Assembly: GCA_020184695.1 (NCBI GenBank)
Contig: JAANOX010000063.1
Location: 105,041-169,040 of the forward strand
DNA: 64,000 nt
Source: Histomonas meleagridis 2922-C6/04-290x
Taxonomy: Eukaryota > Protista > Parabasalia
Reading direction: 5' to 3'
Positions 42,993 through 55,078 of the stretch are shown here, piece by piece. The notes beneath the pieces are model-generated. The model ran no database searches. It was given only the letters and a program-made list of their open reading frames with translations, and was not told where the DNA came from. The translations under genes were made by a program, and so were the position numbers. Positions within the stretch are counted from its first letter, which is position 1, and every line of letters starts with the position of its first letter.

Positions 42993-45900
42993 ATGGAAAA
43001 AGAAAATTTCGTGCAATTACTTAATGAAATTGCAAAATTTTCTCATCTAAATATTTCAGAAAAAGCAAAAAGTATTATCCAAGAAGTTTTATCTTCTAAA
43101 AAACAGGATGTATCAGATGATTCAAATTTGATCAAAGCAATATCAATGATTCTTGAAAATAAAAAATATTCAAAGCAAGCATCAAGCCTTGTGAATAAAG
43201 TTTGTGTTTTAATATTATCAAAATTTTTCCCTTCTTTATCAATCCAAAAATTATTACATGGAATTCAAATTTATTCAAATAATGCAGAAACAGAGCAAGT
43301 TTTAAAGTTACTGCAATTTTATGCTACTTTGCTGCCAGTTTATATTACAGATATTAAGATTCTTCAATTATTATTTTCAATGTCAATTTCTTTAATAATT
43401 AGACCAAGTCAAATTGTTTCTTCAACGTCATATGCATCCTCTTTACAAATGATCTCATTGTTTATTAATTTTATCCACACTGAAAATCCACAAATATCTG
43501 ATAATGAAATTGAAAATCTCATACAAATATGTAAGCATAAATTTAGCAAACCTCTTTTTGCTGTTGTTTATGCCATTTTTTATGATATTTCATCCATAAT
43601 ATTATCGAAACCATTAATTTGGCTTGATATTCCAAATATTCCAAAAGACACACTCTTTAAACTGTGGGAAAACCTAGCCATATCGCATCATTCCATTATT
43701 TTAAATGAGCCATCATTATTAGAAATCATTGAAAACTCAGTTGTTATTCCAATTATTGATATTTCCGAAGTTAACTTCCTTATTTCCTTTTTAGTTTATT
43801 ATTGTGACATATTTCCAGACACATCAATTTCCATTTTTTCATATTTTCTTTGTAATTTAAACGGAACCTCTTCACAACACCAATCATTGATGTTTTTTTA
43901 TGAATTGTTTTTTAAAAATAATTTTTTCTTAACTTCTTTTCTTGATTCATGTGATCGAAAAGGTATTTTAATTGATACTTTTATTGAAAGCTTAAGAGTA
44001 ATTACTATAAACAATCAAAAATTTCAATCAATAAAAATATCGACAAAAAACATCCAAACTATATATGAAAAAGAACGATTTTTCCAAACTGTTCCAATTG
44101 AAATCTGTTTCCAAATCATATTATCATTAGATAATGAAATGAAAAGCACCGAAAAATTATTAAACAAAACACAAACACCAAAAATCATCAAAACAAACAA
44201 TAAACAAAACAAGGAATTTTACATAAACCATTCAAATTCTCTATCGTCAGAAAATTTGTCACAAAAAGATAAACCTAACAAAAAGTCGAGACGATTTTCA
44301 TCAATAAATACAATTTCTATTTTACCACGCTCCAAATTTCTTCATCGTATCTGGAAGAAATTAGTATTTATCTTAATAAAAGCGATTAAATATTCGGATG
44401 ATGACTCTATTCAAACCACATTTAACATTTATGAACTTCTTTTATTATTATTTATTAAATATGAAACCAAAAGTGGTAAAGAATATTTAATTAAATATTT
44501 ATTTGAAATATGTACCAAAGAACTTGATTTATATAATTACAAACAAAAGAAAAATTATGCAATTAAACTTTTACAACATTTATTAAATATAACACCAAAA
44601 ATATTTAAAAGTTTTTATTTAGAACTTTTTTCAATATTTTCTACAATTGATTCCATACGAATTGATATTACATTTACACAAAGACTTAATGACAATGAAT
44701 TATATGAATTTTGTAATGAGTTAATAAAAGGAAATAATTTTTGTGTTTCATTTATATTACCAATTATAGAAAATAATAATCAACGAATTAATCAAATCAT
44801 TCCAATAATCAAAGAATTTATCATTACCAAAATCAATGAAAAAGAATTCCAACGAATAATCAACAAAATGATCATTGAAATATCAACGAATAAATATAAT
44901 TCCGAACAAACGTATAAAGAAATATTAGAAATCTTTTGTGAAATATTAAAACTAAATGATGTTAATGAAGAAATCATCAAAATTACAATTGGGCAAATCA
45001 AATATTTAATCCAAAGTAATACAAAATCATTAAAAGTAAATAATTGGAACTTAATATTAAATTCATTAAAAATCGAAAATTTCCAACATATTACACAATC
45101 AGTTTTATCTGAAGTTTTCATCATTATTACATCGATTTGTAATGATTATATACAAGTATTAAATGAAGAATGTACTGGTAATTTAATAAATTTAATATTC
45201 GAATACGCGTCACAATTAAACGATATAAATATTTCATTATCTTCTTTAGGATTATTATGGAATATACCATTTGAAATAATTAATAAGTTTAATAATTGGA
45301 AATTAATTTCGAATAAAATTATTATATTATTTAATGATTTAAGAAATGATGTTTCGACTTGTGCAATTCGAACATTTTTCACTTTAATTAATTCACATAT
45401 TTCTCAACTATCAAATGAAATCAAAAACGATTTAATTAATAATTGTTTCATCCAATATTTAACGACAATGAATGAAATTAATAATAAAACTTGGGACGTA
45501 CAAAACTTAGCAATATTAGAAATATGTCATTGTATTACATCGTTTTATAATTACTTCGAAAATATTTCGAATTTTAATTCGTCGTTTTGGTATTTGTTAA
45601 TTGATAAACAAGAATTGTTCTTAAAGAATTGTACGAATCAAGACATTAATATTAATTCATTTACTTTTTATGAAGAACTTTTCTCCAATATGAACTTATA
45701 TACAAAACAAATACATAAATATTTGTTGAATTCATTTTCAAGAATTATTATAAACTTCATAATCAATGAACCTCCTAAATCTTTAGTATTAACTTCTTTC
45801 GGTCGAATTTTGCCTCGAATTTTATTGACACAAAAAAATTATTTGGATGTCGACGATTTAAACGTTTGGATTTTGATCATTTCTAAGGTTTGTATATATC

Positions 45901-46688
45901 TTCCATGTAATATTTATATTAATTTTTCAACACAAAAAACTTTAAATGGTTTAATGGATTTGTTCCCTTTAAATATTGAGTTTACTGAGTTGATTTATAA
46001 GGGATTAATTGAGATAATAATTAATTGTGAGATAAAATGCGTGAAAGAATATGTTACAAAATGTTTAAATCAAATTTATAACTTCGATTATGTGGATAAA
46101 ATTCATTTTTTGGTGTTAACGAAACCAATTTTTAGTTGTGCTGAAACAACTTCGTTAATACAAAGTTTTATTAATTATGATTTTGTCGATAATTTCGATG
46201 TTATTTTCGATTGTTTTATGGATATTTATGTGAAAAATAAAAATTTGGATGATAATATCGCAATGAAAATAATTTCTTTTTTGCCAAATTTAAAAGTCGA
46301 AAATTTAAATGTTTTTATAAATAAATGTTTCCAAAATTCAAAAGTTTTAATGGAGATTTGGAACATTTATTGTGATCCTTTCTCTGAGAAATTTAATGAT
46401 TTCGTGTATAAGAATTGCTTCGAAATGGTTTTGGATAAAATTATGGAATTGTTGAATATTTATATTAAAGACGAAGAAAAACTTTTCGAAATTTTAAAGT
46501 TTTTGACTTCGGCTAAAGTACCAAAAAAAACTATTGGAAATCAAAAACAATGTAACTCATGGCATTTATATAATATCACACCAAAAATTATAAATTTAAT
46601 AAATGATGATAGAGATAAAATTAAAAATCAAGCAAAAATTATATTGGAAATGTTAATGAATGAAATATCAATAACAATTGGAAAGTGA
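42993..46688 (+). CDS. MON2: MON2-like Golgi/endosome trafficking HEAT protein
   Basis: N-terminal DCB-like QVLKLLQ; Mon2_C motifs DINISLSSLGLLWNI and DLRNDVSTCAIRTFF. Confidence 0.75.
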   Translation: MEKENFVQLLNEIAKFSHLNISEKAKSIIQEVLSSKKQDVSDDSNLIKAISMILENKKYSKQASSLVNKVCVLILSKFFPSLSIQKLLHGIQIYSNNAETEQVLKLLQFYATLLPVYITDIKILQLLFSMSISLIIRPSQIVSSTSYASSLQMISLFINFIHTENPQISDNEIENLIQICKHKFSKPLFAVVYAIFYDISSIILSKPLIWLDIPNIPKDTLFKLWENLAISHHSIILNEPSLLEIIENSVVIPIIDISEVNFLISFLVYYCDIFPDTSISIFSYFLCNLNGTSSQHQSLMFFYELFFKNNFFLTSFLDSCDRKGILIDTFIESLRVITINNQKFQSIKISTKNIQTIYEKERFFQTVPIEICFQIILSLDNEMKSTEKLLNKTQTPKIIKTNNKQNKEFYINHSNSLSSENLSQKDKPNKKSRRFSSINTISILPRSKFLHRIWKKLVFILIKAIKYSDDDSIQTTFNIYELLLLLFIKYETKSGKEYLIKYLFEICTKELDLYNYKQKKNYAIKLLQHLLNITPKIFKSFYLELFSIFSTIDSIRIDITFTQRLNDNELYEFCNELIKGNNFCVSFILPIIENNNQRINQIIPIIKEFIITKINEKEFQRIINKMIIEISTNKYNSEQTYKEILEIFCEILKLNDVNEEIIKITIGQIKYLIQSNTKSLKVNNWNLILNSLKIENFQHITQSVLSEVFIIITSICNDYIQVLNEECTGNLINLIFEYASQLNDINISLSSLGLLWNIPFEIINKFNNWKLISNKIIILFNDLRNDVSTCAIRTFFTLINSHISQLSNEIKNDLINNCFIQYLTTMNEINNKTWDVQNLAILEICHCITSFYNYFENISNFNSSFWYLLIDKQELFLKNCTNQDININSFTFYEELFSNMNLYTKQIHKYLLNSFSRIIINFIINEPPKSLVLTSFGRILPRILLTQKNYLDVDDLNVWILIISKVCIYLPCNIYINFSTQKTLNGLMDLFPLNIEFTELIYKGLIEIIINCEIKCVKEYVTKCLNQIYNFDYVDKIHFLVLTKPIFSCAETTSLIQSFINYDFVDNFDVIFDCFMDIYVKNKNLDDNIAMKIISFLPNLKVENLNVFINKCFQNSKVLMEIWNIYCDPFSEKFNDFVYKNCFEMVLDKIMELLNIYIKDEEKLFEILKFLTSAKVPKKTIGNQKQCNSWHLYNITPKIINLINDDRDKIKNQAKIILEMLMNEISITIGK

Positions 46689-47461
46689 CAAGCGTAAACT
46701 TATCAAAATGCACCGATAGAAAAAGCATGTTTCAACTTTTTTGTAATGTATTTAAATAACTGTTTTGTTTCAGGAAAAATGAATTCAATTTAGATACCTT
46801 TTAACATTGATATCAAGACAAACAAAAAAACATCTATTTAAATAATTCGAATAAATACAGTTTAATGGTTTCAGAATTTGATTTTGTGAATTTTTACTAA
46901 AAATAGATTTAGTAAATAAATTATTATAATGTAATAATTCATTTTTATTTGAACTTATATTTTTTATAGTGAAAAAACCTTATTGACACAGACTAAATGA
47001 GTGAATGTTTTTGAAGTTTGATCAAAAATGATCCTTTCAAAAAATTTAAAACATTGTTCTTTATGATGACTTCACTTTAACTTTATATCATTTGACAATT
47101 AGCAGAAAATTGTTTTGCAAATTATTAAAAATCGTGTGTAAATACACCAATTTCCACATTGTTTTTAGAACAAAACAAACATATTGGCACAATCTATCAA
47201 ATATATATGTTTTATGTCCAATAGTTATTTATATTTCTTCTTTATAAGAAAAAGATTACAGCAAATAAGTATTGTCAGCTTTAGCATTACCATCACAAAT
47301 TCTCATCGTTGAGATTTTATTTGAATTAATAACCGTAATTTTCATAGTTGAATTTTTCAAAAATTGAGAGTTTTATTTCGCAAATTAAGAATTTTATTGC
47401 AAAATTGTGATTTTTGAAATGTGTGGAAAATGATCGTTTTAAGTCTCCATAAAACTGAATC

Positions 47462-48625
47462 TTGAATATACTTTTTCTCGTTGCTGAATTTCACAAGTGG
47501 ACAAATACCAATATATTTGACCCCGCTGAGTGGTTGTTCTTTTGCGAATACAGACAAAAACATAATAATTACAATATTAAAATTCCTGCAAATTCATATA
47601 TAACTCATCTTCCATCATACGGGTTTGAAACAGGTGGAACTTACAGTGCTCAAATTATAGGGGAAAATATGGGGAATATTCTCTACTTAATTGAAAAATC
47701 TTCATTTAAAATATCGGCTCGGAAGATATGTAAGAACAAAATAATTCCGAGATACAAATGGAATGGTACAATTAAAGCTCATAATGTATATTCTACTTAT
47801 ATAATTGATTGTGATCGAAATCATCAAGAAATCACTGTTTCCCTTCAATATTCAAATCCAGATTCCAAAGGTGATTATCGTGAGTTTGGTGTATTTCCAC
47901 TTCTTATCTTTATAGCATTTTTGTATTTCATCATATTCATATTATGGCTAATTAATTCCCATTTTTATCCACAATTTCATGTCTGGATCCATCGCGTCAT
48001 GACATTTCTCCCGTTATTTAAATGTATTTCCCTATTACTCGAATCTCAAATATATATACAAAATTCATTTTTCGATGTCTCAATTCCATTAGTTTTCTCA
48101 GTAGTTTTCTATTCGTTACTATTTACTACCATAGGCCTTTCATTCTCCGGGCTTAGTACGTATTCTGAACATCTTCGAATAATTGACATATTAATATATT
48201 CAATTTGTCCATTTATATTTTTTGGGTCTAATGCTCTTTCTAATTACTATCCATCATTTTTAAACTTTTCATTTTTAGCTTTGCTCATCATTGTGCTCAA
48301 AGTCCGAAATACATATTTAAATATCAAAAAACTTTGGAAGAAATCGCACGAAAATTCGCAGCGGTATAGACTGTTTAAAATAACATCCTTTATGAATATG
48401 ACTCTTTTGGCTGTTTTCGTTTTGTTCATAATGAATGTGATTGCATTAGCATTTCGATTTTGGTGTTTTTGGAGAGTGTTAACTATGGAAACGGGAATAA
48501 TAATGCTCTTCATAACGCAGATGAGATACTTCTTCTATAAAACATCTAAGCAAACGCCAAAAAGAAAAAAAATTGTTTGGTTAATTGAACCATATAAGGA
48601 ACCAAAATTGACTTTGTTAGAATAA
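47462..48625 (+). CDS. GOST-family (GPR107/108, TMEM87-like) 7-TM protein; start uncertain
   Basis: YGFETGGTYS luminal motif, SNPDSKGDYRE, WLINSHFYP...IHRVMTFLPLFK, about 7 TM. First in-frame ATG is only at 47669. Confidence 0.7.
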   Translation: MNILFLVAEFHKWTNTNIFDPAEWLFFCEYRQKHNNYNIKIPANSYITHLPSYGFETGGTYSAQIIGENMGNILYLIEKSSFKISARKICKNKIIPRYKWNGTIKAHNVYSTYIIDCDRNHQEITVSLQYSNPDSKGDYREFGVFPLLIFIAFLYFIIFILWLINSHFYPQFHVWIHRVMTFLPLFKCISLLLESQIYIQNSFFDVSIPLVFSVVFYSLLFTTIGLSFSGLSTYSEHLRIIDILIYSICPFIFFGSNALSNYYPSFLNFSFLALLIIVLKVRNTYLNIKKLWKKSHENSQRYRLFKITSFMNMTLLAVFVLFIMNVIALAFRFWCFWRVLTMETGIIMLFITQMRYFFYKTSKQTPKRKKIVWLIEPYKEPKLTLLE

Positions 48626-48842
48626 ACATTTATAATTAGTTGGAAATATTTTTTATTCTAAATTTTGATTAATCAAAATTTAATTATCATCAATTTACAA
48701 AATATTTTAAAACAAAAAATTCAAATATATTTTTAGGTAGTTCTTTAATGTTGCTACATTAAAAGATATTATCTTCAAGGTGTAAAATGCTTGCGAAGTG
48801 AAATTGTTTTTACTTTTTTGATAAACTATTGAATAATATGCG

Positions 48843-50276
48843 ATGTCGACTTTGGAAATGAGGAGAGTAAGGCAGCAATCAAAAGATTCTGATGAAGCCG
48901 AAAAAAAAAGGAAAATTCGTGATTCAATTGTTCTTTGTATACAGCATATGATTTCTCTTGGATACATTGATTCAGCTGAAAAAATCTCTCAAGAATCAGG
49001 AATCACCACAGATAAATATGAACTATGTGATAACATAAATTTACTACAAATACTAACAGATTTTGAATCTTTCCAAGAATTAAAATATGGTCAAAAGCCT
49101 AAAATATCTAAACTTTCAAAAAAATCATCAACGCCTCCCAACATCAAAAAACCCAATCTTCCACCTCTTGGTGATAAATCCAAAGAGCGACCACAATATA
49201 TTCGACCGACTAAAGTCAAAACCAAATCTGATCAAAATCTTGAAGATCTTCAATCACCTACCAACAACCCAACTTCTTCCGATGTTACCAACACCAAACG
49301 AACGCCTGATATTTCTACCGAAGTTAAACTTCTTAAACCAATTCCAATCCAACTTCGATCTGAGTATGGTGACTTAACGAGTATTATCGCTCGAGATATT
49401 TTTCTTGATAGTACTGGTGTCAAATGGAATGACATCATTGGCTTACAAGACACCAAACGTGTACTTCGTGAGGCTGTTGTTCTTCCACTTAAATTTCCAC
49501 AACTTTTTTCATCTAATAAACTTTTAACGCCATGGCGTGGTGTGCTTCTCCATGGCCCTCCAGGGACCGGCAAGACCATGCTTGCTAAAGCTGTTGCTGG
49601 TGAAGGGACCACTTTTTTTAACATTTCCATTTCATCAATCATCTCTAAGTGGCGAGGTGACTCTGAGAAACTCATTCGAGTATTATTTGAACTTGCGCGT
49701 TATCATGCGCCATCCACTATCTTTATTGATGAGATTGATGCTGTGATGTCTAAGCGTTCATCAAGTGATGAGCACGAAGCATCACGTCGTATGAAAACTG
49801 AGTTTTTGATACAAATGGACGGACTATTTCAAAGCGATGCGTTAGTTTTTGTATTAGCTGCATCCAATTTCCCTTTTGATTTAGATCCTGCATTGTTGAG
49901 AAGACTTGAAAAAAGAGTTTTAGTTCCATTACCAAATGAATTTGAACGTGAGCAAATGTTCAAATCGTTTTTAAGTGGCGGAATTATTAAAGACGATATT
50001 GATTTTAATGAGCTCGCGAAGAAAACAAATGGTTATAGCGGCAGCGATATTCGATTAGTTTGTAAAGAAGCTGCTATGGAACCATTAAGAAGATTGATGG
50101 AAAAGTTACAAAGTGAATACGGTGATGATTACTTGGACGAAGTAAATATAAATGATATGAAACTCGGACTGATAGAGAAGAAGGATTTGGAAATAGCTTT
50201 GGAAAGAACTGGCGCAAGCGATATGTACGATGTCAAGAAGTATGAGGAATGGCAAAAAAGATTCGGTGTTGTATAA
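48843..50276 (+). CDS. KATNAL2: Katanin p60-like AAA ATPase (KATNAL2 type, LisH N-terminus)
   Basis: LisH-like IQHMISLGYIDSAEKISQES; PWRGVLLHGPPGTGKTMLAKAVA, SKWRGDSEKL, IFIDEID, LRRLEKRVLVPLP. Confidence 0.9.
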   Translation: MSTLEMRRVRQQSKDSDEAEKKRKIRDSIVLCIQHMISLGYIDSAEKISQESGITTDKYELCDNINLLQILTDFESFQELKYGQKPKISKLSKKSSTPPNIKKPNLPPLGDKSKERPQYIRPTKVKTKSDQNLEDLQSPTNNPTSSDVTNTKRTPDISTEVKLLKPIPIQLRSEYGDLTSIIARDIFLDSTGVKWNDIIGLQDTKRVLREAVVLPLKFPQLFSSNKLLTPWRGVLLHGPPGTGKTMLAKAVAGEGTTFFNISISSIISKWRGDSEKLIRVLFELARYHAPSTIFIDEIDAVMSKRSSSDEHEASRRMKTEFLIQMDGLFQSDALVFVLAASNFPFDLDPALLRRLEKRVLVPLPNEFEREQMFKSFLSGGIIKDDIDFNELAKKTNGYSGSDIRLVCKEAAMEPLRRLMEKLQSEYGDDYLDEVNINDMKLGLIEKKDLEIALERTGASDMYDVKKYEEWQKRFGVV

Positions 50277-50822
50277 AATATAAAATTGTTTGTTTATTTA
50301 AATTATATTCTATTGAGATTCCGTTTTTAGAAATGTAATAATAAAAACTATTACTCCAACATATTATGAAAATTGGAATAAAAGACTAATAAAAATATGG
50401 TTATGCGTTCTTTACTAAAAACATGGTTATGTATATACATTAAATTAAATCAATGTTTTTGTAATTTTAGATTTTAAATTATTTCTCATAACATTGATAG
50501 ATAAATGTTTAACGAACTATTAACATAAAAATATTTATAGGAAATAGCCCAATGTAAGATATCATAATAAAAAACATCTTTAGGAAATGGGCGCATCGAA
50601 TTTTATTCAAACTGTTTATTTTGAGAATACAATTTGTTATGAATCGCGCAGCGTTGTGAATCTGACGCTAAGAATGTGAATTGAAGTGATTTGTTGGCAT
50701 GTTTTTTCTATGGATTTAAATCGTAAACAACAGAAAAAAACACGGTTGACGCTGAAGAAAAAGTCTTGATTTCTGTTCTTTCGTTCTCTTCACCATTTCA
50801 TATTCTTTTTTTTAACTCCTTC

Positions 50823-51809
50823 ATGAAACACTTTGTATTATCTTATTCGATTTACTTTATTTGTACATTTCTTATTAAATCGAATGCAATAAGTTATGAT
50901 AATGGAACGCTTTTCATAAATGATACAAATGATTTTCAAAATATCAATGTGTATCAAAATAACACGACATCCTTAATTATTGGCGATGGCATTGAAATGG
51001 TTCAAGATGGAACATTCTCTTATTGGCCTTTACTTTCTCAAATTAATTTTAGTAATTCAGTTAAAATTATAGGTGACAATTGTTTTTATCTGTGCGGAAA
51101 CTTAGAAACCATTTTTCTTGGTGAAAACATAAAAACAATAGGCTCATCATTTGCATTATGTTCGGTTAGGAATTTAAGAATTCCGAATTCTGTTGAAACA
51201 ATTGGATTTTTTTCATTTTTTTCTTCTAAGTTAGAAACGTTAATTCTTGGTTCTGGAATAAAGAACATTGAACAACAAGCATTTGATCGATGCAGTAACC
51301 TTGTATGTATTTATTTCTATGGTGAAAATGAGCCAACATTTGGGGACTATGCATTTTTTAATGTTACTGCAATAGTTATGACATATTCATTTTATAAAGG
51401 TACAAAATTTGGTCATTTAAATGTATCAGTCGGAAGTGTTATAAATGAATGCATTTCAGTTGTAACATTTACGCAATCAAATACAAAACCAAGCACAATA
51501 GAATCAAACACATTAACACCTGATACATTTACTCCAAATACATTTTCTCATTCAACATATATCGAATCAAATATTTATACGCCAACAAATGTTATTACAA
51601 ATTCACTTAATTCTGTATCTAATGAGTTGATTAAAGATAATACAGAAAATGATAACACGTTAATAATTATTATATCTGTTTGCTGTGGTGTTGTAGTAAT
51701 TGTTATTGCGGTTGTAGTTGGAGTTGTCATATATAAAAGGAAGAAAAAACAAAATCCGACGCAAGAACACGCATCGGATGAATATAATGAAGATAAACCT
51801 TTGGTTTAA
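50823..51809 (+). CDS. BspA-like LRR_5 type I membrane protein
   Basis: Signal peptide, IPNSVETIG..F LRR_5 units, Thr-rich stalk, TM helix, KRKKK stop-transfer. Confidence 0.9.
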   Translation: MKHFVLSYSIYFICTFLIKSNAISYDNGTLFINDTNDFQNINVYQNNTTSLIIGDGIEMVQDGTFSYWPLLSQINFSNSVKIIGDNCFYLCGNLETIFLGENIKTIGSSFALCSVRNLRIPNSVETIGFFSFFSSKLETLILGSGIKNIEQQAFDRCSNLVCIYFYGENEPTFGDYAFFNVTAIVMTYSFYKGTKFGHLNVSVGSVINECISVVTFTQSNTKPSTIESNTLTPDTFTPNTFSHSTYIESNIYTPTNVITNSLNSVSNELIKDNTENDNTLIIIISVCCGVVVIVIAVVVGVVIYKRKKKQNPTQEHASDEYNEDKPLV

Positions 51810-52354
51810 AAATCTGTATAGTAATTTATATTACTTGTTACGTAATATGATTTTATTTAAGAAATATTCCTGAACATGAGTAATAAAAAATTTATTTAAA
51901 TATAATTTATTTCATTTTTGGATATCAAAAATATTCATTCTTCGTCAATTGTGATTTTATAAAGTCGTTTGATAGCATTTTGTTTTACTTATATTTTATT
52001 TCTGATTTTATGATAAGTTAACTCAAAATAAAATTCGTGTTACTACTAATTTATCTTACTATATAATTATTCATCGATTTTTATGATTTTTTCACAACGG
52101 GTTTAAACCTTTTTGTGTGTGAAATCTGGACAAAAAGCCGCTAATGGTTATTTTTTAAACAATGTGGTTAGATTATTTTTTCTATGAGTTATAACATGTT
52201 CTAAGCATTGATTCAATTTGTTGTATATCAAACTGTAAATAATTTGATTGACATTAAGGACATTCATATTAGGAAAATTCCCTTTGACGCTGAAGAAAAA
52301 ATTTATATATTTAATAAGAACTCTTCATTTTTTACATATCACATTCTTACGAAG

Positions 52355-53359
52355 ATGATGTTAAACTTGTTAATTTTAATTATATTTGTAAAAAATTCAT
52401 TTCAGTATGCAGCAAAAGATGAAACTCTAACTATAAATCAACTAGGTGATTTTACAAATCAAGAAATTCAAAAATATAAAGACACAACAAAAGTTTTAAT
52501 CATTGGACAAGGCATCCAAGAAATCCCAGATAAATCATTTCAAGAATGGCCTGCGCTTAATTATGTAAGAATTACAGGAACAGTTAAAACAATAGGAGCT
52601 TCGTTTATATCATGTATTCAACTAACTACAATTGTTCTTGATGAAGGGATAAAAACAATTGGAACTTCGTTTAGCTTTTGTTCAATTACTGAATTAACAA
52701 TACCAAATTCAGTAGAAACAATTGGAGTATATGCATTTATAAATTGTACAAAGTTGGAAAAACTTATTCTTGGAACAGGAATAAGAAACATTGGCCAAAA
52801 CTCATTTAATCATTGTCACAAACTTAAATGTATTTATTTTTATGGTGAATCAGAGCCAAACATTGATCAAAGTGCATTTTATGATATAGCTGCAAGACAT
52901 GTTATGACTGATTCAAGTTATAAAGGAACAAGTTTTGGTGCACTCACTGCTTCGACAGAAGGTGCTGACGGATGTATTCCAATCGTAAAAACACAAACGA
53001 TATCAAATACAAAAACAAATTCACCAATAAATACAAAAACTATTTCAAACACGATAAGTGAATCAAAATCCCAAATACAAACAAATACATTTTCGAATAC
53101 GATTACACATACTGAACAAAATACAAAAACACAAACAAATTCATATACACAAACAAATACATTTGATTTTACAAATGAATCTTCAAATGTATCAAACGAA
53201 TTAATTGAAAAAGAAAATAATAATTTCAATAAATGGATAATTGTAGGTGCAGTTTGTGGTGGCATTGCAGCTGTCGTCGCAATAACAGTAGCTACAATAT
53301 TAATCCGTAATAGAATTAAAAATAAAACGCAAGAAATTGCAGAACAAGATGATGCTTAA
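52355..53359 (+). CDS. BspA-like LRR_5 type I membrane protein (tandem paralog of 50823-51809)
   Basis: Shares IPNSVETIG, LILG.GI.NI, CIYFYGE.EP and SNELI with its neighbour; Thr/Asn-rich stalk and TM helix. Confidence 0.9.
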   Translation: MMLNLLILIIFVKNSFQYAAKDETLTINQLGDFTNQEIQKYKDTTKVLIIGQGIQEIPDKSFQEWPALNYVRITGTVKTIGASFISCIQLTTIVLDEGIKTIGTSFSFCSITELTIPNSVETIGVYAFINCTKLEKLILGTGIRNIGQNSFNHCHKLKCIYFYGESEPNIDQSAFYDIAARHVMTDSSYKGTSFGALTASTEGADGCIPIVKTQTISNTKTNSPINTKTISNTISESKSQIQTNTFSNTITHTEQNTKTQTNSYTQTNTFDFTNESSNVSNELIEKENNNFNKWIIVGAVCGGIAAVVAITVATILIRNRIKNKTQEIAEQDDA

Positions 53360-53812
53360 CAAAGAAAATGGTTTTCAATCAAAAAAATTTTTCATTTTGT
53401 AAAAATTACTTCCATAATTTTGTAATGCTCTATGCTAGATTATTTATAATAATGATTGAGGATCAAACAAAAAACAAAAATTTAAATTACAAGTATGAAA
53501 AAATAATAAACATATTTACCATGCAGTTTGTACTAATCTATTTTGTAATGCATTATTTAAGATATATATTCGTAAAATAATAAATTGTTAAAGATTCGAA
53601 AAAAATTACTTGTTGATTTTGAGATTACACCATCTCATAAAAAAAATAGTGAAATTTAAGTTATACCTGTATGATTTTTTACCATTTATGATTTTTTTAC
53701 TTGAAATTTAAATTTTTGCCTGAACAGAAGAGAGAACGTTAATAAGCCCAAAAACATAATAAATTCCAATTATAAAAAAGGAAACAAGCAAAAAAGTCAA
53801 TATAGACTTGAG

Positions 53813-55078
53813 ATGCTAAAACATTCCCAAGCAAGTGTTGAACTCGATGAAAATCAAGCAAAGGAATTACTCGAACATTTTAGCTCAATTCGACAATCTT
53901 TTCAAAATGAGGAGAACATTCCTAATGGAATTCATGAACTCATCCAGTTGCTTGATGTAGATTGTTTCAACTTTCAAACAATTAATTTTATTTTCAACGA
54001 GTCAATTTTATCTTTTTTAATGAAATATCAATTACAATTCTGTATCCCAATCCTTAAGATTGTGAGCTACACAGCAAATTCTAATTCTTTAATGCTCCAA
54101 AAAGTTTTTAACGATAATTTTTTTGATTATCTTACACATGCGATTCAATCAGCAGATTCTCCACAGCTTATATCCAAGCTCTATAAGACAGTCATCATCG
54201 CTTTTGAACATGGAATTCAAAACATTAATTTTATTGATTCCATATATTATTCAATAGTTGAACATTTTCAAACAACACAACAAAACATTCGAACATTTGA
54301 AACCGATGGCTTTTACACGCTTGATTCAATTCCCATTAATTCTTATCTTTATATTTATCATAAGTTAACAATTCGAATTTTAATTCTTATGAAATTTTGT
54401 TTTTCGTTAAATCTTTCGGATGTTCATAGTCTATTTATTGATCATATGTTTACTACATTAGAATCGCACTGTATCCAAGTAGTTAATGAATCACTTATTT
54501 CATTAATCGAGTCATTAGAAAAACGAAACATTATATTAACTAATTGTTTATTAACGAAACGTAAATATATTTCATATTTAATAGAGTTCCTTGTCTTTAA
54601 AAACACAAATTTTCATGAAACAAATTTATATATTTTTGATTTTTTGTTTTTATTAACTTTTTATACAAAACAAAAATTTGAGTTTTTTTATTCGTTTAAT
54701 ATAATTAAAATCGTTGAGCAAAAAATTCATGAAAATGCAGAAATTTATTGTGCGCCGATTTGTAATGTCTTAATGAATTTGGTAAAATCAAATGATATAC
54801 TTGCGTACTATATTGAAAATCATTTTTTCGCATTCGTTTTTAACTTGTATAACGAAAATTTGGAAATTAAAGAAAAATTTGCAATTTTAAATTTGTTTAT
54901 TACCGTGTTTAACCATGTGAAAAATAAGGAGTTCCAAATGGTTTTGATCGAATATGAATTACTTACTGAAGACGCGTTAGAATTAGCGGAATCAAATGAA
55001 AATGAAGAAAAATATTTTGACTTTTTAAATAAATGTACCGAATTAATAGATGAAAGAAAGAAAAATGGAACTTGCTGA
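53813..55078 (+). CDS. Helical (ARM-like) hypothetical protein
   Basis: 421-aa ORF with ATG; no recognisable catalytic motif. Confidence 0.65.
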   Translation: MLKHSQASVELDENQAKELLEHFSSIRQSFQNEENIPNGIHELIQLLDVDCFNFQTINFIFNESILSFLMKYQLQFCIPILKIVSYTANSNSLMLQKVFNDNFFDYLTHAIQSADSPQLISKLYKTVIIAFEHGIQNINFIDSIYYSIVEHFQTTQQNIRTFETDGFYTLDSIPINSYLYIYHKLTIRILILMKFCFSLNLSDVHSLFIDHMFTTLESHCIQVVNESLISLIESLEKRNIILTNCLLTKRKYISYLIEFLVFKNTNFHETNLYIFDFLFLLTFYTKQKFEFFYSFNIIKIVEQKIHENAEIYCAPICNVLMNLVKSNDILAYYIENHFFAFVFNLYNENLEIKEKFAILNLFITVFNHVKNKEFQMVLIEYELLTEDALELAESNENEEKYFDFLNKCTELIDERKKNGTC

